Shown here one piece after another: positions 1 through 34,318 of a stretch of 64,000 nucleotides of DNA. The DNA comes from Camelus dromedarius. Its lineage: Eukaryota. Position numbers and translations under genes: made by a program. How positions within the stretch are numbered: position 1 is the first letter of the stretch; each line of letters opens with the position of its first letter. The DNA lies in the NCBI RefSeq assembly GCF_036321535.1, contig NC_087451.1, forward strand, positions 47,988,001 to 48,052,000. The letters are read 5' to 3'. The notes under the pieces were generated by a model. That model ran no database searches. It was not told the origin of the DNA and worked only from the letters and a program-made list of their open reading frames with translations.

Positions 1-1000
1 CTGGATTTATAAAGGTTTGGGCGAGGAAGACCGCAGAGGTAAAGTGTAATTTTCATCATCTTTATCAAGGATACATAGTATCTGCATGATTAATGACTGT
101 TGATATTGATTACCTGGCTGAGGTAGTGTTTTTCAGGTTTCTCTTGTAAAGTCAGTCTTTCCATTTTTCCCTTTTACATACTGTACTCTTTGGAAAGAAG
201 TCACTATGCACAGCCCACACTTAAAGAGTTATGCTACCTTTAGGGTAGAAAAGCTGCATAATTTATTTGGAATTCTTCTGCATGTGTGATTTGTCTTTTC
301 TCTATTTACTTAATCATTTATTTACATTGGTATGGACTCCTGGATATTTATTTTATACTTTAAGTTATAATCCAATAGCACTGTCTTTATTATGTTGCTC
401 AGTTGTTCCAACTTTGGCTATTGGGAGCCCTTTCAGTTGTTTCCTGTATCCATATGACATATTTCCATCATTGTATATATTGTGTGGGTGTGTTTTAACA
501 CTTCCTTACTTTCTGGCACTATGAGATATTCTAGGCTCATCTTGTATATTTCTTGTCCAGTCCTAGAATGAGCTATTTCCCTAAGGAGTCCTGCTTCCAT
601 TTATTGGAGAATGGTACTCTTAGATGTAGGCCCTACATGAGCTTGTTGCTACTGGGATATTGTTTCTTTTAGGCCCTCTCACCTGACAGGGCTAAGAAAT
701 ATCTGCATGTGAATGCATATACACATAACCATAAATGTTCATATGTGTAACCATCTGTGTCTATATTAAATGAAATAAGAGTTCTTACTGATGTCTCCAG
801 CTCTAATCCATTGTCTCATAGATCATTTTAGCCTCCTCCCTTTGCTTATTTGTAAATTCCCACTCTTAACAGTGAGATACCTGGCTCCTACCACTGTTGT
901 CCACTTACTTACTTGTTCAGTTCCAGTATAGTAATAGAATTGTTAATTATGTGCAGTTCCTTTTGCCTTTAGTCTTACAGACTATATTTCCAAATGACTG
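1..1000. mobile_element. Old, diverged L1 (L1M-type) 3' region fragments in the last SDF2 intron
   Basis: AT-rich decayed sequence with motifs typical of ancient L1 3' UTRs, e.g. AAGAAGTCACTATGCACAGCCCACACTTAA near 195-225. Boundaries approximate; subfamily not determined. Confidence 0.5.
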
Positions 1001-1029
1001 CCTTCTTATCTAAAATTTTATGGCTGTTA

Positions 1030-1150
1030 GTGTATATTTAAATTATATATGTTTTGTAGTGGTCATTTTGTAAAGTATAGAAAATTGAATCACTGTGTTG
1101 TGCACTTGGAACTAACAGTGTTGTAGGTTCACTATACTTCAATTAAAAAA
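1030..1150 (+). mobile_element. L1 extreme 3' end fragment
   Basis: Ends in TGTAGGTTCACTATACTTCAATTAAAAAA, resembling the 3' tail of laurasiatherian L1 elements. Confidence 0.55.
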
Positions 1151-1205
1151 TATCTGTATGTCTGAAATAATCAGTAACTTATTTTTTAAATTAGTTAAAA
1201 AAAAA

Positions 1206-1288
1206 TTTTAACAGAGATACCAGGAATTGATCCTGGGACCTTGCACTTGTTAAGCACACACTTTACCACTGAGCAATACCCCCACCCC
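1206..1288 (-). mobile_element. Camelid tRNA-derived SINE (vic-1-like), diverged copy
   Basis: The reverse complement reads GGGGTGGGGGTATTGCTCAGTGGTAAAG...AAGGTCCCAGGATCAATTCCTGGTATCTC, with degenerate A-box and B-box; homologous to the other copies in the window. Confidence 0.8.
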
Positions 1289-1734
1289 TTAGTAGCTTTT
1301 TATTATCATACAAACTGAATTCTTGGCCTTAAGGGGAATGAGATTAGAATACGAGTAGAAGATAGAACCTGCTATACTTTGCTCGGTTAATATATATTAT
1401 TTCATTTAATTCTCATAATTATTTTGTAAGATATTATTGTCATCATTTTATAGAGGAGAAGATGAAAGCCCAAAGGAGTCACACAGGAAGGGACAAAACT
1501 GAGATTTAAGGTTTGCCTGTTTCCAGAGCCCATCCCCTTTCCAACTTGTGTTTCTCACCAGGTCACTTAAAATCTAGTTGAGGGAATGAGGCAGGAATAG
1601 TTAAAAGTCAAATAATGAGGTAAAATATTTTTAAGACTATAATAGAAAATAAAAGGCAAATAGAGGATTACTTGTAAAATAAATGTTTGGGCCATAATCT
1701 TATGGCAATTGATTTCATGTCTTTTGTGTCTTTT

Positions 1735-1889
1735 TATTTTTTTCCCACAGTTTATTTTATTTATTTGTTTGTTTTGTCAGGGGGAGGTAATTAGATTTTT
1801 ATTTATTTTTAATGGAGGTACTAGGGATTGAGCCCAGGACCTTGTGCATGCTAAGCACGTGCTCTACCACTGAGCTATACACTCCCCCC
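1735..1889 (-). mobile_element. Camelid tRNA-derived SINE (vic-1-like)
   Basis: The reverse complement has GTATAGCTCAGTGGTAGAGCACGTGCTTAGCATGCACAAGGTCCTGGGCTCAATCCCTAGTACCTCC, then an A-rich tail, an AATCTAATTACCTCCCC module and a second A-rich tail. Confidence 0.9.
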
Positions 1890-2032
1890 TATTTTATTTA
1901 TTTTTGAACAGTATTGGAAAACCTCTTATTTTTCACTTTTAGATAGCCTTATTTTTCTTCCCATTGCCTCCCTCTTTTTTCAAGCCTGTGTGTCAGCCAT
2001 ACTAATGTTGCTTACCTATCTGTGTCTTCTAG

Positions 2033-2320
2033 GAGGTGAGTGCTTTTGGTGAGGAAGGTGAAGGCGATTATCTGGATGACTGGACAGTGCTCTGTAATGG
2101 GCCCTACTGGGTGAGGGATGGTGAGGTGCGGTTCAAGCATTCTTCCACCGAGGTTCTGCTGTCTGTCACAGGAGAACAATATGGTCGACCCATCAGTGGG
2201 CAAAAAGAGGTGCATGGTATGGCCCAGCCAAGCCAGAACAACTACTGGAAAGCCATGGAAGGCATCTTCATGAAGCCCAGTGAACTACTGAAGGCAGAAG
2301 CCCACCACACAGAGCTGTGA
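2033..2320 (+). CDS. SDF2: Stromal cell-derived factor 2 (MIR-domain ER protein), terminal coding exon
   Basis: Acceptor TTCTAG|GAG at 2032/2033. Translation EVSAFGEEGEGDYLDDWTVLCNGPYWVRDGEVRFKH...KAEAHHTEL* matches the recalled SDF2 C-terminus; stop TGA at 2318-2320. Upstream exons lie outside the window. Confidence 0.97.
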   Translation, partial: EVSAFGEEGEGDYLDDWTVLCNGPYWVRDGEVRFKHSSTEVLLSVTGEQYGRPISGQKEVHGMAQPSQNNYWKAMEGIFMKPSELLKAEAHHTEL

Positions 2321-2576
2321 GTCTGGAGGATGTGAGCCACTGTTACTGCACAGTGTTCATAGACATCTGCTGCTCCTTCCCCCTTTGGATTTCTGCCACA
2401 GGCTCCCTGGGCAGTGGCCATGTCACCACTAAGATGAAGATGCGTGACAGAAGACAGAGGCTATGTTTGGAAGCTTCAGTCCTTCATACTTGAATTGGTG
2501 GTTCTCCCAGACTTGGGTCAGTTCTTTCTGAGTACAGGACTTGTTTGTGAAGGAACGGATGCTTTTTATTCATACT

Positions 2577-2582
2577 AATAAA
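2577..2582 (+). terminator. Probable SDF2 polyadenylation signal AATAAA
   Basis: Canonical hexamer about 260 nt after the stop codon, with U/GU-rich sequence downstream. Confidence 0.7.
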
Positions 2583-3047
2583 ACAAACTGAGGGAGACAT
2601 CCCTCGTAGCTGGGAAATTTTTATTCCTTAGAATCTTGGCATCATGGATTATTAATGTGTGTGACTTTTCTTCTACTTTCTTTCTCCAAATTGAAAAAAA
2701 TTTCATTGTTACTGTGTTGTCATTTATTAGATGTGCTATTTCATAATCTGATAAATCCTTGAGTCCTAAAAGTCATTACAAACACTCTTGAGATGCTGGA
2801 AACCTTTAGTGTAGGCACTTTTGAGAGCCTTACTTACATTCAAACTTTTTCTGTCTCTACTTTCACCTTTCTCTCAGCATCTCATCTTTGTTTTTTGACA
2901 AATTATGACTAAAGACCCTTAATAAATAGCCAGTGAGATGTTTTACTTTGGATCTGTTACTGCACTTGATAAAAAGAGGTAGATGTAGAAAGAGGAACCA
3001 ACATTTATTTACTGTCTGCTAAATAGTAGGCACCATATTATAATATT

Positions 3048-3182
3048 TATTTTTTAAATTTTTTGGGGGGTAATTAGGTTTGTTTGTTTGTTTAATTAAT
3101 TAATAATGGAGGTAGTGGGGATTGAACCCAGGACCTCGTGTGTGCTAAGCACACTCTACCACTGAGCTATACCTTCCCCCCC
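3048..3182 (-). mobile_element. Camelid tRNA-derived SINE (vic-1-like)
   Basis: Contains GGGGATTGAACCCAGGACCTCG...CTCTACCACTGAGCTATACCTTCCCC (antisense B-box and A-box) with the bipartite T-rich tail. Confidence 0.9.
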
Positions 3183-5326
3183 AGGTACCATGTTATAGAT
3201 CTTACCTCATTTAATCTTCACAGGTATATTACCAGGTAAATATAGTTTTACCAGTGCAGAACAGAAAAGTTTAGTAGCTGCCTGAATTCTTAAAGCTAGT
3301 AAATAATTTGAGGATAGGAATCCAGCTTTGTTTCGCACCTGTTCCTTTTACTAGCACTACAACTGCGTTTAGCTCTTAGGAGATAACTCTACTTTTTGGA
3401 CAAATGTAGGGATGACTTCCTCTAAAAAGAGGGTTAGAAAGCTTTTGTCCTCTGCTCACTTCATTTCTTCCTTTACTCTTGCTTGTCAGTTCCAGGAAGT
3501 TTGCTTCTATGTCCTTCAAGCATGGTAGTGATGAACAGAAGTGTCTGCCATCTGCTGGAATTTCAGTGATTAGTAGGCCTTTTTATTTTTAGAAACTTCT
3601 GGATTTTTTCCTCCCTATTTGCTTTAGGGAGTTAATGTTGAACATTTAGGGATACCAGGTTTGTGCCAGACATGGCCCATAATATTAAAAGACTTGATCT
3701 CTTTTACAAAGATTTGTCTCAGTAAGCTGAGGCCACATCTAGTGGAGCTCCATCTCTGCCTCCTCCGTTATTCCACTAAAGTTGCATTGATCCCTTGAGG
3801 TTTCTCCAGAAAGAAGTAGACAAATGATAAAATCATTTCATACTATTGAGATAGTTGGTAGTAGAATAGGAAGAAAGAAAGGAAGTGATAAGGAACAGCT
3901 GAGTAAAGGGAACAGCTTGTACAACATGAATGAGAGTAAAGATGTGCTGCAAGGTGCCCCTTAGTGGCTTGGTCATCATTTTCACTGAGCTGTTGAGCTT
4001 TCCCTGAAGGTTCATAGACAGAACATGTTGAAGCTGCAGATAATGGGGATGGTGGAACTATGGTGTTTGAGAGGTAAGCATGAACTTGAAAAAAACAGTG
4101 GTGGAGCCCTTGGGGAGATGTGAAATGACTGATGAGACAACTGGATAAGGAGGAGCCAGTTGGATGGGTAAAAGCAACTTTGGGCCACCTAGGTGAAAGT
4201 TGAAATGGTGAAATCTGGAGGGATGGAAAAGATAGGATGGAAAAGATAGTCTTCAGGTGAAGTGGATCTGAAGGATGTTTATGGAGATTAGGATGTCAGA
4301 GCAAAGGGATATGAAGTACTTATTTTGAAATCCTCACAATGTCTTTAGCTTTTACTGTGTTAGAATCACCGTACTAAAGTTGGAAGGAATCTTCTTTGTC
4401 CAATTCCTTCATGTCACAGAGAAGGAAACAAGCAAAATAAAGCTGAACTTGAATTCTCTATTTTACACAATTATGTTTGCTTCCCAGATAAATTGTTGTT
4501 GAAGGGCAAGAACAATATCTTCTACTTCTGTAGTATCCCTCTAGCCCAGTGCCTAGACTGCTATTCACGGTAGACACTGAAAACTGCAATGAAAGGCCCA
4601 GAATGGTGTTGGCCACACAGCAGCTCAACACATACTGACTAGAACAATATTCAGTGAATAAGCTAAAAACTCAATTCCTTTGTGGATGGAATGAGATGGG
4701 ATTTTGAGGCCTTTTAATTGGTTTAATTGGTTGGTCCTTATTTTCCTCCTTAATGATTTTCACACAAGGCTCTCGAATAAGATAGAATAACTACTTCGTA
4801 TGACCCAGGGTGTAACATCCACAGTGGCTTCCGTCCGGGCCCTAAGTGGCCAAGCTGACTCTATAACTACCCCGGGAAACTGCTTTGGAAACAGAACTCT
4901 CCACGGCACAAAGGCGACAGCCAGGTCCACAGTCAGCTAAGGAAGCCGGCTCAGACTCTGGCTCCGGGTTCTGCATTTCCGGGCTCTGAAGGGTGCGCCC
5001 GAGGGCGGGGCATCTGTGTCAGTCCGCTCAAAGGCCGCCTCCTCTCGCACTCCTTCCGGAGCCACGCCTTTACTTCGCGCAAGCAGCCGGTCGGCCCTGC
5101 GGGATCGCGGGCGCCGGGCGGGGCGGGGCGGGGCGGGGCGGGGCATGGAGACAGCTGGCTGGCTGGGTGGCTGGCTGCGAGGGGCGGGGCTCACGCGCGC
5201 CAACGCTTCCTTGCCCAGTGCTGTCCCTGCGCGTGCAGCTGGTCGGCCCGCGGCGGCGCAGCTCAGAGCCGGCGGGGGGGCGCCCCGGCAGGGCGGGGGC
5301 CAGAGCCGGGCCGGGCCGGGGCCGGA

Positions 5327-28771
<23,445 letters not shown>

Positions 28772-29115
28772 TCCAGCAATCCAAGAGAGGCTGCAGTACA
28801 GGATTTGACTCTGGCTCAGGCCCCAGGGACTTGGGGGATGGGAGGTGCTTCCCTTCATCCTTCAGGATATGTGGGGGTTAGGAGCCTACAGGGTACTGTG
28901 GAGAGACGCCTTGCTCTTTAGCAGCTGGCCTGTTCCCTGCAGAACATGGTGGATAATGCTGAGTTCTACCTCACACTGATCAGCAGGCCCAGGGCCAGAG
29001 GTATCAAGAGAGCAAGATCAAGGGAATGCCCCAGGGCTAGAATCTGGTTACCTTGGGGTCAATTGAAAGGGTGGGGGGACAGTTCTGATCAAGTGTGATA
29101 AATTTTTATAAATAG

Positions 29116-29170
29116 ACATATATATATATATATGTGTATATATATATATATATAAATATACATATATATT
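29116..29170. repeat. (TA)n microsatellite in the BLTP2 3' UTR
   Basis: CATATATATATATATATGTGTATATATATATATATATAAATATACATATATAT. Confidence 0.9.
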
Positions 29171-29841
29171 TCTACGTATAACTGCTTTCCCTCTGTGCCA
29201 GAAAGTGGAGGGGGTTTATCGTCTATCCCTCATTCCACTGCCTTGTATGAAAGAGGTATTAGTGTTCTGAGGGAAATCAGCCCCTCCCTAATCTGTGCCA
29301 AACTCACTTGAGAGAATGGCAGTAGGAGACAGGGCTGGCCATGGGTCCCTCCCCCTGGGATATCCCCTGAAGAATGGTAAGAAATGATTTAAAGAGAAAA
29401 AAATATATTTTAAATTTGATGCTGGTTTTTTTTTTTTTTTTTTTTTTGGATTGTATTGAGTGCATGGTTTCAACCTGTATCCTTCCCTCCCCATCAACCC
29501 AAGATACACCTTCTAGCTGCAACTCTAATGAGGGTGGCCTCTTCCCTCCTGCCCAAAGCTCTATCACAGATACCTCCCAGTTCTGATGTAACACTGGTCC
29601 CATGCTGATAACAGCTCATGAGACCAGTGCACATTTTAGTCCTGGCTCTAAGCCTATTCTTAACTAGGGGGCATAGAATTTGGAGATAAGGATGAAGTTT
29701 GGCTGCCTTATTTGCATCTCTAGTCATGAACTGCAAAGAAAATGCAGGGCTCATGTGTAATGCAGCATGGGGTGGGGGAGGGAGGAACTGCTTATGTAAC
29801 TGGGACAGCAGATTTAGCAGGAGAGGAGGCAGAGGCTGGGG

Positions 29842-32800
29842 ATGGGAGCAGTGAGCTGTCGGCAGGGGCAACATGTCCAGATGGCTGCTCCTCGTAAGGT
29901 AGGCTATGGGGTCTGGCAGCCTGTTTAGGGGAGGTGAATGAGGCATGGGCTTGAGGCCAGGGAACTGACTGGTGATGTTAGGTGTCCATTGTATGGGTGG
30001 GGCGGGGAGGTTTTACCATGAAAGTATCCCAGCCTTATAATGAGAGGTACAGGCTGAATCTCTGATGGGGAAAATGTCTAAATACTGCTTTCCTAGAGGA
30101 TTTTAATTAGGTCCAAGAAACCTAGGTAGGCCTTGGCCCAAAGCAAGGGTAGTGACACTTTTGCCTGGGGCTTAAAAATACATCTCTAGGGTTGGGATTT
30201 GAAGGAGTGCCTGCTAAGATAGGCAGAACTTGTAATGCCTCAGGGGCAGAAGCTTTAGTGGCTCCCTTGGTTCTCAGCAGGGTGGCAACAACCGGGGCCC
30301 CTGGGTCCGAGGCTGGAGGAGCCTCTGGTCAGGCATGGGGACAACCAGATCAGGTCTGGATGAGCTGTGGGGACTTCGGGGACATCAGTGCCTGCACCAG
30401 GAATCTCTGGAGCCAGCCCCACTGCTAGTAGAGAAGCCTCTGCCTGAATGGCCAGTGCCTCAGTTCATCAACCTCTTTCTGCCGGAGTTTCCCATTAGGC
30501 CCCTTAGGGGGCATCAGCAACTGAAGGTAGGTCAATGGAATCCCTGGAAAGAGTCTCAGTCTTGGGGAGAAATCTAGAAACAACCAGAGTCTCAGTTGCC
30601 CTGTTCTCCATTTCTCTGTACAGATTTTAGGCCTTGTGGCTAAAGGCTCCTTTGGAACTGTCCTCAAGGTGCTAGACTGTGGCCAGAAAGCAGTATTTGC
30701 AGTGAAGGTAGGGACCTAGGTACAATTTCACATTATTTTCTGGTCCCTGCCTCCAATCTTGATTCCAGAAAGGTTGGGAGGAATTCAATAGTACTATTTC
30801 CTTCTAGGGGTCATCACGCCTCTCATTTTATAGGTGGTGCCCAAGGTAAAGGTCCTACAGAGGGACATCCTGAGGCAGTGTAAAGAGGAGGTTAGCATCC
30901 AGGTATGCACAGAACCCTGGAAGAGATCCTATGAAGGACTAAACCATAGGTGGAGAAAGCACCTTTCTTGTCCAACTGTCTTGTTCTTCCTGGTTCTGAT
31001 CCCTCCCTGTGCTTCAACCAGAGCAGATCCCAGGAAAAGAAGCTATCAGCAGAGTAATTCTGGGTCCTGCCAGGGAAATCTCTCCAGCATGTCCCAGTGT
31101 GTTCTATAGTACTGATTACCAGGCAGGCATGCCCAACTATTTAGTTCACCTGAAGTGAGAGATGGAAGCATCAGTTTCCTTTCTGCACAACTAGGTAAAT
31201 CCTGACTTGTTGGTTGCCTTGATCCTCAGTGACCCTGTTCCTAACTTCCTGTCTTCTTCATTCATAGCGAAAGATCAACCATCCTTTCATACACAGTTTG
31301 GGGGACAGCTGGCAGGGAAAACGGCACCTCTTCATTAGTGAGTGACTGGCTTCTCTCCTCATTCCCAGGGGTCCTTCTACTGTACTCCGCACCTGAGATT
31401 ACCCATCCCTTTGGTCTGTTCTGCCTTTGCTCTGTTCCCCTTCTCGTAGTACTTTCTCCCAGAGGGAAGAGAGAATAGTAGGTGGCATCAGTTTGGGCAG
31501 GAGGCATACAATGCCTTGAGCCCAGGCCTAGTAGCCTCCAAATACTGCCTAGACTTCTGGTGCTTTGCAGTGTGCAGCTACTGCAGCACAGACCTGCACT
31601 CCCTGTGGTCCACTGTTGGCTGCTTTGCTGAGGCTTCCATCCGCCTCTTTGCTGCTGAGCTGGTCCTGGTGCTGTGTAAGTGAAACAGAAGTGGTAATGG
31701 AAGTAAGGGAAGAATTAAGGGGGGAGGGAAGCAGAGAGAGGAGAACTGATACTAACTTTAGACATCAAAGAACAGGGATAAGAATGGGGTGGGAGCTACC
31801 AGGGAAACTGAAAAGGACAGGGGAGCTTCAGCACACACCATGCTTGCTGTCATCCACAGGTTATCTCCATGACTTGGGCATCATCCATCGAGATGTGAAG
31901 GTAGTTAAATACTTTTTCTTTTTGTCTGAGGAGGGATTTCAGTAAGAAGTTGCAACAGGTCCAAGAAATCTGCTGAGAACAGTTGACCTTGGGGCCTTCA
32001 TGGGTGTTGAGGAATTTGGACAAGGGCCCTCCAAGTATAGTTGAATGCTGAGTAAAGTGTCTTCAGCTGGGAGGTGTACAGGATGAAAGAGGGTTGAAAG
32101 GAAGAGGATGAATAATAACTTCTCACCTGTGATTTTTCAGATGGAGAATATCCTTCTGGATGAGCGAGGTAAGTCCTTTTCTTTTCCTAGTCCCAGAATG
32201 AGAGGTACCTCAGACTGGGATTAAGTCATGGCTGAAGAGACATGGAATAGAGTGGTGCTGACGCCTTATTTTTCACAGGCCATCTGAAATTGACAGACTT
32301 CGGTCTGTCCCGCCACCTGCCCCAGGGAGCCCGAGCGTATACTATCTGTGGCACTCTTCAGTACATGGGTGAGAGAGAGGCTGAAGCTGATGGGTAAGCA
32401 TTGGGGAGGAGGATAGTCAACAGATGTCAATGACAAGTATTTTTCAAATCTGTAGCCCCAGAGGTCCTGAGTGGAGGGCCTTATAACCATGCTGCTGATT
32501 GGTGGTCCCTGGGTATCTTGCTTTTCTCTCTGGCAACTGGAAAGGTGAGAGAATGGTAGTGATGTTTGGCAGAGAAGAGAGGAGTTGCCCTGTGGTGGGA
32601 AGAAGGAAGACCTTAGGAAATCTTGCCTTATTCTTACAAAGCAATGACACCCTCCCATCCTTAACTCAGTTCCCAGTGCCCGCAGAGAGAGATCATGTGG
32701 CCATGTTGGCAAGTGTGACCCACTATGACTCTGAGATCCCAGCTTCTCTTAACCAGGGGCTTTCACTCCTGCTCCATGAGGTAAGGGTGAGCTCTACTTT

Positions 32801-33436
32801 CCTTCTTGACTACAAACTGTTCACTTTTTTCCCTATCATTGAAGTGATATTTCCTCATTTCTCTGATTAATTATTGGTGGTGGGAGGCGGTGGCAGGGGG
32901 AGCTTCAACTTGATCAAGTACTAACCTCACTACTTGCCCTCTAAGCAGCACTTCAAATTTTATTCGTCCTCCAAAGCTCCTCCCCATCAACAGGCCAATT
33001 CTGAGAGAGTGGGCCACAGCTCCTTTATATCCTACCTTTGCCCCCAAATTAGCCTGTTTCTCCCACTTTTACACATTCTCTACTCTTTGGGGTTCTTCTC
33101 CCTGCCCTCCACAGATCCATGAACTTGTAATTTCTTTCTCCTTTTCCAGCTTCTCTGTTCAGTCCTTTTCCTATCCCAGTCCCTCATCCTTCATGCTTTA
33201 TTTTCCTTCAGCTCTTATGCCAGAATCCCCTCCACCGTCTACGTTATTTGCATCACTTCCAGGTCCACCCTTTCTTTCGGGGTGTGGCCTTTGACCCAGA
33301 GCTCCTACAGAAGCATCCAGTGAACTTTGTCATGGAAACACAAGCTACCCAGCCCAGTCCATCATCGGAGTCTATGTTCTTCAAGGACTTTGACTGTAAC
33401 CTGGAGTCCTACCTGGTCCACCTCAGCCTTGCTTGA
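29842..33436 (+). CDS. RSKR: Ribosomal protein S6 kinase-related protein (SGK494), AGC-like kinase, 12 exons, 405 aa
   Basis: Exons: 29842-29898, 30278-30526, 30624-30707, 30834-30902, 31268-31337, 31571-31675, 31860-31900, 32141-32168, 32279-32368, 32456-32544, 32670-32780, 33212-33436 (1218 nt, phases consistent). Kinase motifs AKGSFG, FAVK, HRDVKMEN, DFG and CGTLQYMAPE are intact. Syntenic between BLTP2 and SPAG5. Confidence 0.94.
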
Positions 33437-34098
33437 GCTCCTCTACTGTAGATGGGGGCCATCTAGGAACCTGAGGACCTCTTCCAGTGTCAACTCAGTA
33501 TGACCACCTAGATAATCCAGTTTGTTTTTACTTTGTAGCCTCTTATCATTCTGTTAATGTAGGTGCTGGACCAGAGTTCAGATCTTGGGCATTCTGCTAT
33601 TGGCAGCTATGGTGTCCTAGTCCTTACCCCATCATACAGCCCATCTCTCAATTTAACATCTCAGATCACAATGTTGACCTTTTCCATTGTTTCATTTCTC
33701 CAGTGCTTATACCCTGAAGCTTTTAGCCAGAAGCTTATTCCACTTTTCCCTCTCCTTGTTTCTCTGCCATGTTTCCTTTTGTGAGCAAAAATAACACTTC
33801 ATGGGTTCCCAAGGTGCTATTTATGTGTTGAATAGTCCTGTCAGAAGCAGTATGAATGTTTTTCAGAGGTCTCAAAAGCTAGCATTTCGATCCCTAAATA
33901 TGCAGGTAAAACATATGATCTAGGGGCTCAAAGGCAGTCTAATTTTTAAAAATTTAAAAAGTAAGTCTGATAGCCTACTGTGAGGAAGAGAATAAGAAAT
34001 GAAACATGGGTGGGTTAAATGTCCCCTCTAGGGGTAATTAACATAGCTATCCACTTTTTCCCCAAAACAAAACCTCTTTGAAAGACATAAGGATTCTT

Positions 34099-34172
34099 TT
34101 TTAAAAGATTTATTTATTTTATTAATTTTGGGTGGGGGGAGGAGGTAGTTAGGTTATTTTGTTTTGTTTTGT

Positions 34173-34235
<63 letters not shown>

Positions 34236-34318
34236 TTTTTCAATCCCCAGGAGGGATTGAACCTAGGACCTTGTGCATGCTAAGCATGTGCTCTACCACT
34301 TGAACTATACCCTCCCCT
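34099..34318 (-). mobile_element. Camelid tRNA-derived SINE with an expanded (TTTA)n tail
   Basis: GGGATTGAACCTAGGACCTTGTGCATGCTAAGCATGTGCTCTACCACTTGAACTATACCCTCCCC, preceded by about 16 TTTA units (34172-34235) and the second T-rich module. Confidence 0.9.

Noticed and set aside
29842-33436. RSKR as a pseudogene or pseudokinase
   Set aside because: All 12 exons have canonical splice sites and an open frame, and the catalytic Lys, HRD, DFG and APE motifs are present.
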